Source: Lytechinus pictus (lineage: Eukaryota). Taken from it: a stretch of DNA of 64,000 nt. Shown piece by piece: positions 51,711 to 63,169 of the stretch. How positions within the stretch are numbered: the stretch's first letter is position 1; each line of letters starts with the position of its first letter. The stretch covers positions 1,428,001 to 1,492,000 of the forward strand of contig NC_087246.1 of NCBI RefSeq assembly GCF_037042905.1, written 5' to 3'. The notes under the pieces are model-generated. The model was given only the letters and a program-made list of their open reading frames with translations, was not told where the DNA came from and did not search any database. Made by a program: the position numbers and the translations under genes.

Positions 51711-51852
51711 TTAATAGACGATGCTTATTTCAAAGAGCTGGATTCACAAGAGAGATGACATATGAGTAAACAAGCACACATAACCCATGCGAACACTTAA
51801 TGAACACCTGTACTCCTGTAGTTTAAATCATATTTAATGAGCACTCACTTAA

Positions 51853-51945
51853 CCCTTTGGAGACTGAGTCTGCATATATGCGAGCTGAGGTCTATTGGAA
51901 ATGGGTGTTATATAACTAGCATGATCAGCCAGTCTCCAACAGATT
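51853..51945. mobile_element. Degenerate piggyBac-like MITE in the putative TMX2 3' UTR
   Basis: ttaa|ccctttggagactg ... cagtctccaacagatta; right end decayed. Confidence 0.45.
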
Positions 51946-53296
51946 ACAAGTTCAAGGAGAGGGTTTAAATCTTTTTGAACATTGCCCAAGCTATCTCTCA
52001 CTAGATGATTGTACTTTCTACTTTGAGAAAGTCAGAAGTACAATTTTGTATTCATAAAATTTTCCTGAAATTGCAGATTTATGTAATTGTATTTCATTAG
52101 CCCTATGTTATTTTCTTCTTGCCAATTCACTCAAGATTAAAGCTAGCTATAATACTAATAATATTTCGTAGTTCTTAGATATGTCACCCAAGATGCTCCA
52201 TGTCATCATTCAGGATCGAGCTTGATTTTAGCGTCATGACATGTGTAGCTACCTTCTTTTGCTTCAAAAGAGTTCTCTACAGAAATAAGGAGACTGTTTT
52301 CAGACAGTATAAGGTTACCAGCATTGCCATATTGTCATTATTTTTTTTTCTAAGCTGCCCTCCATTTTGAACACCCCAGTGATGATGTGCTATTCTTCTT
52401 CTATTCCATTCTACAACAAAACACAGCCAGATGATGTCTTGGTTGTATCTTTCCAATCTTCTGGAATATTCATGGTTTCTAATAAATGGTAGTAGTTACC
52501 TACATCAAATATGCATAGTAATGATGAAACTGATAAAGACAAAATTGCTAACGGATTTCATTTATATTCTTTCTTAAAAGTAATGACTGGCTGGATAAAT
52601 CAAGTTGATGTCATCATTCATCCCCCATAAGGAATATAAAAGAAAGGCATTGAATATGTGTATTGTTTTTTGGGGTCAAGATGCAAATGATGGCTTTAAT
52701 TATGTTAGGAAATCAAAGTACCATCAGGTAATTCTCATATGTAATCTTTTTTATTTAAAATAATTCGCATGTTAGATTCTGAAAGTTACAATGGCCATCA
52801 GGTTTTTGAATGGAATAAATTATGTACTAATTAATGCTTCTAAGGTTTTATGAAAATGTAACCAACATCTGCAAGGCCCTGATTTGTCACTTTTTTTCTT
52901 GAATGAAAAAGAAACAATCTGATGAAAAAGAAAGATTATCAGGATTTTAAGGTATTATGAAATATTTCTTTCATTGTGTTTCAATTTTATAACATTAATG
53001 AAATGTTTTGTAAAAAAAAAGAGATATGTATGAAATAGAATTGTTTAATTTTGGTGCTTGTTCTCTAAAGTGTATTGCGTATTAATCAATCATATGACAT
53101 GCTTTCTGCCAAAAGGTCTCATCTGTCATTGATGTGATGTATAGCACAAAGAGCCTTCTTGCAGGGAACTAGTCATATTTTACAATTGTGTTTATTGAAA
53201 CTGAATTAATAATGCAGCAATAAAACACCCGAATTAAATTTCTTTTCTTAATTTTTCTTGTATTAGTCATACTGAGCCGAAACATGTGTATCTTCC

Positions 53297-53704
53297 GGCC
53301 ACCGCACACCTTACGACCGTCCGCGATCCGATTTTGGAACAAACCCATTTTGCTCATTTTCTGAAAATGTGAATGGAACAAATAATTTTATTTAAGGTTG
53401 AAATTAATTGAAAGAATACTAATATAACCATTTTGAAAGATTGCAAGCCTTTATTTTGGAGTAAAGGCCAAATTAGTTTCAAATCGTAGCCAATCGTACG
53501 ACTGCTATGACGTCATTACGACCAGACTAAATTTGCTTTTATTCTAAGGATGATAGCATAGTCACAGATTTGAATATAGGTATTCATACGATGATTTAGA
53601 ACATTACACAGTAAGATATTCCAAGTCTCAGTATTAGTATCAAATTTTACTACATTTTATTCTGAAATCAGGTTGCAGACCAATCGTAAGGTGTGTGGTC
53701 GCCT
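53297..53704. mobile_element. PIF/Harbinger-like MITE, inverted copy of 31165-31590
   Basis: ggccaccgcacaccttacga ... tcgtaaggtgtgtggtcgcct; interior is the reverse complement of 31165-31590. Confidence 0.8.
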
Positions 53705-54894
53705 TTAGAAGGAAATCAAACCCAAAAGGGGAAGAGCACTTCAAGTAACTACATTCCAAATACATTGATGTGAATAAAAGGCAAAATAAAATATAGGAAG
53801 GAAAGAGGGATATGTTTGCGGACTTTGTCAGATTTTATAAATTTAGTAATATTTTCCTAAATATCAATGCATGGTATAACCAATATCACTACATATCGGT
53901 TACTTTTGTACATCATATTTATTTCAACTTCAAAACTAGGATTATACATTGTATATTCAATGAACAGATTACCAGAAATTAAACAGGGCAGCCTGTTGAA
54001 ATTTATTTGAACTTTTATCTTATCTTTGTGATTGTAAATGTCATAAATTTTTTGGAAGGTGCTCTTATGATTGGTTGAAGCACACTAAATATTTACACAT
54101 AAATGAGCACAAAAGTCAAAAGTGTGCAATGTTAAGCAAATGACCCACCTCGCTTCTGATCACTATGAAAATACAAAATTTGATGACAAAATTTGATAAA
54201 TGATAAAATAATTTTCATAATTCTAGGACAGAATTATTCTCACAATCAGAGAATCGCACATACGGACCATGATTACATCGGCATAAAATACTTCAATAGC
54301 CAATGAAAATAAAGAAAAGCAAAGTTGGATCTGAAAATGAAATATATTTTTATTCAATCATATACAAGATAAATCTACTGTGGAAGCATTTCTTTTACAC
54401 ACATAAAAATTTGGGCTTGCATGAAATACAATAAACTTTGTCCACAATTCACAATAACATTTAGCGAAGCAAGATGCCTGTACCTCTTGCTTGAAAAGGT
54501 TAATAGTGTCTCATGTGGAAAGTAAGTAAATGATTAAATCCTACAAACTTAACTGTGATGATAATAATATAGGTATATTTTCCCAGGGAAGCCACTTCAG
54601 TTCTGAACACTGTTCTCCCAGCGGGCCCTGCTATTATCATTACTTTGAAAGGCCCCATGTTTTCATGCCATTCGAGAAACGTGCATATTTTATATGCCAA
54701 CATTCTGATAATACTCGTACTGGAATACATATCAAGTCAAACAGAGGTGTCACAAAAGATGTCAATTCATGAAACAATGCATAAAAGATGCTAGATTAGC
54801 GGAAACAGGGATTCAAAGACAAGTACTGAAATTGGGTTGAATTTCCAGGTACAGAAAAGAAATCAAGTATAATCAAGTTATATCATATTTCTTG

Positions 54895-55001
54895 CATGTG
54901 GATATATTTCTTGCTGAAGGAAACTACGCCATGGCTGGGATTTGAACCCACAACCCTCTGTTTCAGAGTCAGGAGACTAATCCACTGGGCCACAATCCTC
55001 C
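54895..55001 (-). mobile_element. 5' (tRNA-like) fragment of SINE family A
   Basis: tttcttgctgaaggaaactacgccatggctgggatttgaacccac matches ~21050-21095. Confidence 0.7.
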
Positions 55002-55696
55002 AATCGTTGACCATGATTTACATAAAAGTTTAATGATTTAATCTTGTAAAGTTTTCACCTTATCCCAGGCCGGTAACACATTTTCTGTGCATGATGACTT
55101 CATTTAATCTATTTTTTAAGCTCTTCTGAAAAATTGCACTTTTTGTTAATCATTGCATACTGCCAGTATCAACATAAATAAAACAGATTCAAATCAGGGA
55201 TAGGTCAATAGCCATCATGTTATCATAGCTGCAAGGATCACATTCGTTATATTCTAGGTTTTGACGTCATCTCGGTGAATACAATTGCGCTGTATTGTAA
55301 AGAGATGCTGTATATTCACTGAGGTGACGTCACTCACTTAATAAGTTGCATAGTGAGATAGTTTGTACTCGTCAGTTGCATGAAGCACAAGTCTTTTGTA
55401 TTTTTCTATTGTGATGTAGACGGATCAGAGCTGCAGCAAACAGTTTATCATAAAGCCACATCATACATGAAGACTGGTGGTAAAATCTACATAATATAAC
55501 AGATATTGCCTGGTCTATCTGTTTAATAAATAACATTTCACCTCTCCTCCGAGAATATTTTCACTCGGCGCTATGTGCTTCGGGCTAAAAATATAACTCT
55601 GTAAGGGAAATTAAGTGTTATATTCAAACTCTATGTAGGTAATGTCTGTATCATTCAAATATTGAAGCACCTGTAAACTTCCCACAGGGCAAAGGG

Positions 55697-55859
55697 TCAA
55701 CTGGTCTTGTTGTTTCTAAGATGTAGTCCCACCCCATTCTTCCTATGTTCCTTCTTCTCTTTATGAAGATACTGTATGATACTCCATACACCCCTACACA
55801 TGTTGATAAGACGCTGGTCTGTGTTCTCCCCGAGAGACACTGCAAATCGATATTGTGCC
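55697..55859 (-). CDS. DUF4807 / F58A4.6-like protein, last coding exon
   Basis: catgcag|(R)AQYRFAVSLGENTDQRLINMCRGVWSIIQYLHKEKKEHRKNGVGLHLRNNKTS-TGA; 163 nt, phase 2. Confidence 0.82.
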
Positions 55860-56524
55860 CTGCATGATAAAACAACAAAATAATGATTGTAATTATGCAT
55901 AGAAAAACTGTGGATGAATAAAATCGACTGGATTAAATCTGAGAAACGCAAAACAGGTGACTTCACACTAATCAATCGCTTGGGCGACAGATATGTAATT
56001 TGCTTATAAAACATAAATGAGCATCTACTTATTGCATAATTAATTTCTAACTTCCTCTATGTGTTTTACTATTTACAAAGTAGTAAACAAAGTAACCAGA
56101 GCATTTAAGTAAACCAGTTAACCTTTAATTGAACCTGAAGATATGCAGAGATATCCAATTTTACAGAATCTGGTATGGAAAATTGGTTGAACTTTAATAG
56201 GAAATCAATGACTTAGGCAAGATCCATTTATGATTACAAAGAGGCAAGAAAAAAATCATTTAAATTCATAGAACCTAAATGTGGTACCTTACTGGGCTAC
56301 TACATGGTGAAGAGATTGCAACTCAAGATTTTGCAATCCTCTGAGAAGCAAGAAATTTAACCATTTTGGTTTTAATCCAGACTGTCTAGTCAAGACTGCA
56401 CTAGTCTGAGAAGTCTTACAGATGGCTTCACAGCATGAAGAGACGTCATAGAGAGGCTAAAGGATGTATAACATGTTTTTCAAGCAATGTTTAATCCTTT
56501 TTCCTCAATAAAACAAAATCTTAC

Positions 56525-56670
56525 CGAACAATGAACATAGCATGTTGAATGAAGCCATTTTGCATAAGACTCTGCGCCATGTAGACCCTACATTTAGCCA
56601 ACAAAATGGGATCCCCTAACTGACAGGCGAGCTTCATCTGATGGATAGACACTCTGCCTGCCTTCTCTGC
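56525..56670 (-). CDS. DUF4807-like protein, coding exon 3
   Basis: atccag|AEKAGRVSIHQMKLACQLGDPILLAKCRVYMAQSLMQNGFIQHAMFIV|gtaaga; 146 nt, phase 0 to 2. Confidence 0.85.
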
Positions 56671-57225
56671 CTGGATGAAGTGATAAGAAAAGAAAGGTTT
56701 ATCAAGATATGAGTGGATAGTAGACGAGTTTGCTAAACCCCACTAAAGAGGCTTCACTTAAGTTCACTATAGGGTAGCTTGAATCCTATCCAAGGTTTTC
56801 ATAGCCCATTGACAACCAACTTACTCGATTCTCATAGATTCAGTTTGGGAATCATCTGCTTTTAGTAGACCACAGGTTAAAAGCAATGTGCACAATTAAT
56901 TAACCACAATTTTATGTAAGGTTTAAACCACCATCTCATTTGATTGACTTGTAAAGTTTCTTCTTAATTCTTCTTAAAGTCAATCACAAGCAAAGATTTT
57001 CAGTAACTTGTAACATCTAAATTACTGAACTCTTCATGAAATGCTCCTAAGCTGCAGGCTGTAGTAACATCAGTTATTTTTCTCTTTATACTAGACATAT
57101 AGAATATGAAGATGATATCATAACCTCAAAGATATCTTTTTGAGAGAGACTAGTGTTTATGTCTATACAGTTGATTGCTACACTTTCCCTCTATATGCCT
57201 GATTTGAGTGGTAATCTTGACTTAC

Positions 57226-57340
57226 AAAGTGATGAAAATGATCTCCGAGAGCAGAGTAAGCTCCTCCAAGAGTAGACAACCAGGAAAATGAATCTTCCAT
57301 AGAGATACGGGCAAGCCAAAGGGGTAACATCTTCTTACTC
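57226..57340 (-). CDS. DUF4807-like protein, coding exon 2
   Basis: tttacag|(W)SKKMLPLWLARISMEDSFSWLSTLGGAYSALGDHFHHF|gtaagt; 115 nt. WLSTLGGAxSALG is the DUF4807 signature as recalled. Confidence 0.85.
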
Positions 57341-57947
57341 CTGTAAACAAGGACCGAACAAAACAAGAATATGGTTACTACTATTGCACAGAATGATTTT
57401 TACTTTTCAAATATAGTAAGGCAGTTGGGGAAAATACTTCAACAAGCTCTATATAGTCTATTGTGTAAAAACCTGCTATTTAAATAAATTTTGAGCAATA
57501 TTTACACAAAAATAATGAAAAAAATACTGTGATGTGATATCATATTTATTAAGAAAATTATTCCCTGAATTGGGAAAATGATCCTACTATAAGATGAGAA
57601 AAAACTCTAGGAAAATTGCCATTTGAATAGTGATAGATTTAGATAATATTACTTTCATTGACATACATGTACATATATATCTTAAAAACAATTAAAAATT
57701 CAAGCTCTGCTCGACCTCTTGAGATATGTGTACATTGTGTAGACTGTAGTGATCATATTGTTGTATCCTTTTAGCTTAGGTTATAGAAATCATAGTCAAT
57801 ACATTGTTGATTGTCCAGAAATTTGATATACATGAAAGCAGCTAGATGAACTACATTTGAATTTTGCAACAAATTTCTGAATGTTTCAGCATACAGCTGG
57901 TCATAAATTGGAACATTATTACTTTTATATTAATACTGATGCCTTAC

Positions 57948-58543
57948 CATCTAATATCTGGCCCCATTTTGAATAAATTAGTTTGTCTCAAATGCAAAGA
58001 CAATGTGACAGAAGTAGATCTTGTTTTCCATTTCTTGAATGGGTGGCATCCTTCACAAAGATTTTTCATAAAGAATTCTCTGTAGATTTTGGAATATCTC
58101 ACTTCACACAGAAAGCAAGATGCAAGTATTTCATCTATGTCTGTATTGAGATGTACAATGTTGCACGATGTACTATCAATCTGTGTTCTTTCCACAAGCT
58201 GTTCGTCATTTGGCATGGATGATAAAGAACTTCCACCTTGTAAAAGGCCACTTGAGCTTGGCAACTCCTGTGCTGAGGAAGGACCTTCCAGAATACCTGT
58301 TTTGTTTCTATTACATGTAGCAATCCTTGAAAACCATCCTGAAACTTCTGAAAGTCCAGAAGATTGCTCTGTGTGACTTTGGTTGGAGTCATATTCTAAA
58401 TAGCCTTGGATCATGGAAAATGAGGATGAATCTGTTGTGCTGGATATGTCACCAGGGTTGATTTTCTGAAACATTATGCTGTCTATCATAGAATTCCCTT
58501 GGTGTACTATAAGACGGATAGCAATCACATTATTGGGCTCCAT
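57948..58543 (-). CDS. DUF4807-like protein, coding exon 1 (198 codons + 2 nt; Ser-rich linker, CxxC-x16-CxxC)
   Basis: Acceptor ttctctctttag directly before ATG 58543; long open frame; donor TG|gtaagg, phase 2, matching the next exon. Total 339 aa if this ATG is the start. Confidence 0.75.
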
Positions 58544-59414
58544 CTAAAGAGAGAAATAACATGAAACAAAATGAGATGAATAATCTAGTTTATTGACTTC
58601 AAATGAGTATAAAGGGGATCCCATGTCTGCGCACCTAAGTATTTAACTTAAGATCAAACATGAATTTCTCTTTATAGTTTATACCACAAAAAAATTTAGT
58701 TGATAATGTTCCTCATACTAATATTCACCAACAATATTCACTTCACATGTTTACAGGTTAACAAATTGCATTATAGATACATATGTATATGTATAATAGC
58801 ACAAGTGGGAGCCGAACCTGGTCCCACATATAATTACAAATGCACATTTAATTAAGAACAAAAATAAAACAAAGATTAAATTGCAATAGGTTCTACAGTC
58901 TACACCTTGTAAAGGGTTATCATGGAGTAGCAGTAACACATTAAAAAAGGTATTTTAATTGTAGTAATTATAAAGTAAATATTCTTATAATATAAGTTGG
59001 CAAAAAATTAATGATTTTTCTTAGAAAAGACCTGGGTCAGTCATTTCCTGATTGAAAAAAAAAAAATGGTGCCCATGTCTGAGCACCCATTCAGGCCGGG
59101 CCCTGGGAACAATTTACAGGGGGTACTGGCCGGCTTAAAAAAAAAAAAAAAAAGGTTTCACTACAAAATGAAGGTTTATTATTCTAACTTAGATCTATTT
59201 TTTTTTTTTTTTTTCATTTTTCATCATTCAATTCTTCGAAATATGACTCTATCAATACAAGGACGAGGTGTCGTGTGGGCCATCACCAACTGCTGCAACT
59301 TAAAAGTGATAATTCAAAAGTTCCAAAGCTAAGGTCAGGATGGTTGTCGGAAATCAAGCCAAGGCCTAGCCAAATTGACACCCATGCACAGCCACACCCC
59401 CCCCCCCCAGTCTG

Positions 59415-60793
59415 AGTATACCCAGTTGTTGTGTGTCCGGACGATCAATTTGAGAAAGTCATTTGGAAAAAAATACAAGCGAAGTTTCATCAATTTTTAG
59501 TTCAAAACGTTAGGAAATATTATAAAGAACAAAACAGAAGATGATTACAAGTATTGAATTCATATTTTAAGTGTAATCCAAAGACAAAAAAGAAGGCTTC
59601 AAAAAGATAAAGTGTCCGGACACCCGACCCCCCATCCTACTGAGTACTGCTCTGAGGAGGGGAGACGGATCCAGGGCCAGTCTTAAATTTTAATCCTTAA
59701 TTTGTGATATTCAATAATCATCTCAGCTCAAACATGTTTCATTTCATTTTTGTTATTAAACAATTTCATAAAAATGAACAAGAATGACAAATTCAAGTTC
59801 AACCTATATAATAACTTTAACCTCGCATAAGTTTGAGTGCTAGTGATACTATTGTAATAGCACGTGCGATTTATTATGCACATTAAAGAATATGCTATGT
59901 CACATTTTTGTGATAGTCATATCCGCATTGCACACAAACAAAATCGCAGTCTAACATTTACAGCATCAAGTCGTGATTTGCGCTATCAAAGATACCGGTA
60001 TTACAAGGGGCAGGTCGCGTCGAAGGAAGGAAGGAAAAAGCTGCTGGTCTAATTCCGAACTTTTGCCTGAATTCAAGAAAGATGAACATATAGATTCTTA
60101 CATTAGATTCTAGAGTTAACAGCCATCACCGGGAGCAGGAATTCTTCTCAAGGAGTTGGTACTGGTAAGTGAAATTTTCCCTCAACTTTTAACGGTTAAC
60201 TTTACTCCATTCAGCATGCAGAGCCAATGTTCTGCATCTGCCGCATATGCATGCGCTATGCTATGCTATGCGCCACTGCACCGACCGTGCACCGGAGCTG
60301 AGAGGACCGGTACCGGAATTTTGTCAGGCCGGGCTGAGCCGGGTGGTACGGTTCAGGGGCGGTATTCTGAGGTCATTTTATCTTTAAAATATTTTATTTT
60401 ATCTCTTAAAATGAAATTGGTATTCTGAGATGACATTTTATCTCTCACTCAGATAAAATTTAAAATTTTATGTTGCGTATAAATTAATTTATCTTGCGTA
60501 TCTATGATGATATGATACGCAACAGAGCAGTGGCTGCGTAGTCGTAGATATATACCCAGTGGTTGTGTGTCCCGACGGGTTGGGTGTCCGGACACATGAC
60601 TTTTACTCTCAATTTTGAAAAGTTTACAAGCAATGTCTTTAATTCTTTTTAGCACAGAATATAAGAAAATATTATAAAGAACAAATATTGATGGTGAAAA
60701 AAAACTATTCAACCTATATTTTTGGTTTATTCCTGAGATAAAAACAAGGCTTCATTTCTGTTACGTGTCCGGACACCCAACCCCCCATCCTAC
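59415..60793. repeat. Two diverged direct copies of a ~230-bp repeat (59415-59640 and 60551-60793)
   Basis: Shared tatacccagt.gttgtgtgtcc, aaatattataaagaacaaa, aaggcttc and gtgtccggacaccc.acccccc.atcctac. Confidence 0.7.
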
Positions 60794-61077
60794 CCATCAC
60801 GTACCTGGTCATTGCAACGCGGGTGATGTGCTTGCGCCCAAGTAGACAGGAATAACCGTCGTTTCTGGGGATTTATTCAACAATTTCTGACATTTTACTG
60901 TAATCCCCATTTACCGACGGTAGGGTGTACGTGTGGGCTCGCATGTGTTCTCATTCCCTCCCTTTTGTCAATTCACAGTCCAAAGTTTGATATAATTTTA
61001 CACATCGAATTTACAATCTAAGGATGTATAAACAACAAACTATTAAAACTTGATATTCCAATATTTAAATACTTTAA

Positions 61078-61660
61078 AGGAGAATGAAACCCTTGAAACC
61101 AGCTGAATCCATATCAAAGAGAAAAATCAAAGAAACATATTGTTGAAAGTTTGAGGAAGATTGAATGAATAATAAGAAAGTTATGAGCATTCGAATATTG
61201 AGATCACTAGTGCCATGTAGATCCTCCCAAAGGCAATGCGACCAAGATCTGTGATATCACACACGTAGAACTCCCTCATTACTTTAGTACTTATTTCACT
61301 TATATTCTCACTTTTATAGAGTCTATCACAAGGTGAGGTGTTCTCTTTATGAGATGACAAGTACAGAGGTTTCACAACATTATATCATTGATGAATCGTT
61401 TGTCATATGATTAGAATGAGCAAAAAGAGATGTTTTGGGGTATATTTTCAGTGTCCAAATGGGAGAGTTGTACGTGTGTGACATCACAGATCTTGGTCGC
61501 ATTGCCAATGGGAAGATCTCCATAGCATTAGTGATCTCGACATTCAAATGCTCATAACTCTTTTATTGCTAGTCCTATTGTACTCAAAGTTTTGTTGATC
61601 TTATTCTTTGATTTTTCTGCTTTCACAAAAGCTAACTTGCTCCAAGAGTTTCATTCTCCT
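61078..61660. mobile_element. Kolobok-like non-autonomous element, TTAA TSD, long TIRs
   Basis: ttaa|aggagaatgaaacccttg ... caagagtttcattctcct|ttaa; ~190-bp inverted arms; related to 24685-25265. Confidence 0.85.
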
Positions 61661-61699
61661 TTAAACGATATAGATGAAAAAGGCATGAAAATTATACTT

Positions 61700-62060
61700 T
61701 ACCGATGTTTAATTGGGTTGAACACGATAAAAATGGTCAAAATGGCAGCCAAACTATAAAATATTTACAAACGAACGGAGAGGCCGTCAACAATCACGAA
61801 TGTGATATCGATATTGCTTTCGATATTATACGATCTGCTCCATATGCGAACGAAACCGAAGATAAACGATACTAGTTATACTAGTACTAGTACTAGTTAT
61901 AATCGCGATATATCGATTCGAGACATTAAGTTAATACGATAATGACGTCATTCAAGATGGCAACTTGCAAGAAAAACCGTCAGGTCAGGTGAAAATGTCT
62001 TAGATGACAGATTTCTCAATCATCCAGAGGATTTTTTTCAATAACTCCGGCCCAAGGTAT
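61700..62060. promoter_or_regulatory. Promoter-like CpG-rich region, possibly bidirectional
   Basis: CRE palindrome TGACGTCA at 61943-61950; YY1-like CAAGATGGC at 61953-61961 and AAAATGGC at ~61739; + strand donors at 62057 (AAG|gtatgc) and 62462 (GAG|gtaagt). Confidence 0.4.
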
Positions 62061-62198
62061 GCAATTACTTAAGTTATTTATATTTCCCTGATAATGGAAA
62101 CCATGAAACTTTCAATTTTGCTTAAAAAACAGTTTTAAATCGCGATCTATAAAACGCTAGTTCACTATACGTTGGCTGTAGGTACGGGGCCCCATCCC

Positions 62199-62368
62199 CT
62201 TCAGTCTATGTATGGTGAGTGGAGCCAACGTAGTTCAGCGGAACAACCAAAATACAGAGACTGAAGCTTTTGGTCTAGCGCCCAAGTAGACCAAAAGCTT
62301 CGGTCTCTGTTATGTTGGTTGTTCAGCTGAACTCCGTTGGCTTCACTCACCAAATACAGAGACCGAAG
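62199..62368. repeat. Near-perfect hairpin, ~80-bp arms, 9-nt loop
   Basis: 62199-62277 is the reverse-complement match of 62287-62368; loop gcgcccaag. Confidence 0.85.
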
Positions 62369-62911
62369 TTCTAGCGCGATCTGTACAGGGGACTCAATGG
62401 CCATATGTTTATGTACTTAAGATCGGATAAAACGGGGAAGTGAATTTGCGCGACAGCCGAGGTAAGTCACTGTTTTTGTTCTTTTTAACTTGATTTTTCT
62501 CCGTTTTTTGGCAATTAATGCCAAGAGGGAATATTAATTTGCATTTTGGTCGGGTTAATTTTCAAATTTTTTATTCATTAAAGACAAAAATTGAAGAGCC
62601 CCGATGGGGGGATTTTGCATTGCAAGTCCCCTAATGGTGGCTGCACGCTAGCGAGCCGTCTGTGTATGAGGAGAAATTTAAAAAAAAAAAAAAAAGTTAA
62701 AAAACTCCTCGAAACAGACGGCTGCCAGCTGTCTAGCGCCCAAGTTACTTTGAAGAAAAAATCAAGTAAACTTAAAAGAGGGTAGGGGCTATTTTATCTC
62801 CGCAACGTTGATTTCGTCAATATTTCTAGGTGAATTAACTCCAAATGTTGGCATGAAAATTAAAAATGATAAATTCACTGAGAACAACACCTTAATTATT
62901 CCTGTATAGTG

Positions 62912-63169
62912 AGTGATTGTATTACCGACCGGCCTTGTATTACCGAACGCGCGCATCATAGGCATCAGAAAATAATTTCATACGCTCATAATTTTGCAAC
63001 ATCCTTCCACAGAGAACTTGAATAGAAAGATGATGAAAAATAGTAAAAAACACATTTTCAAAGTCTTAATATTCTAAAAATAATAAAATATGGTCAAAAT
63101 AGCTCATCAGTGATTTTGTTGTTTTCTCAACTTTTCCCATAAAAACCACACGTTCGGTAATACGATACC
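62912..63169. mobile_element. Short TIR element (gtattaccga motifs)
   Basis: tgtattaccga occurs twice at the left end; ttcggtaatacga at the right end. Confidence 0.5.

Noticed and set aside
61957..62056. Coding first exon of a new + strand gene
   Set aside because: The ATG frame stops after 11 codons; kept only as a promoter-like or UTR candidate.
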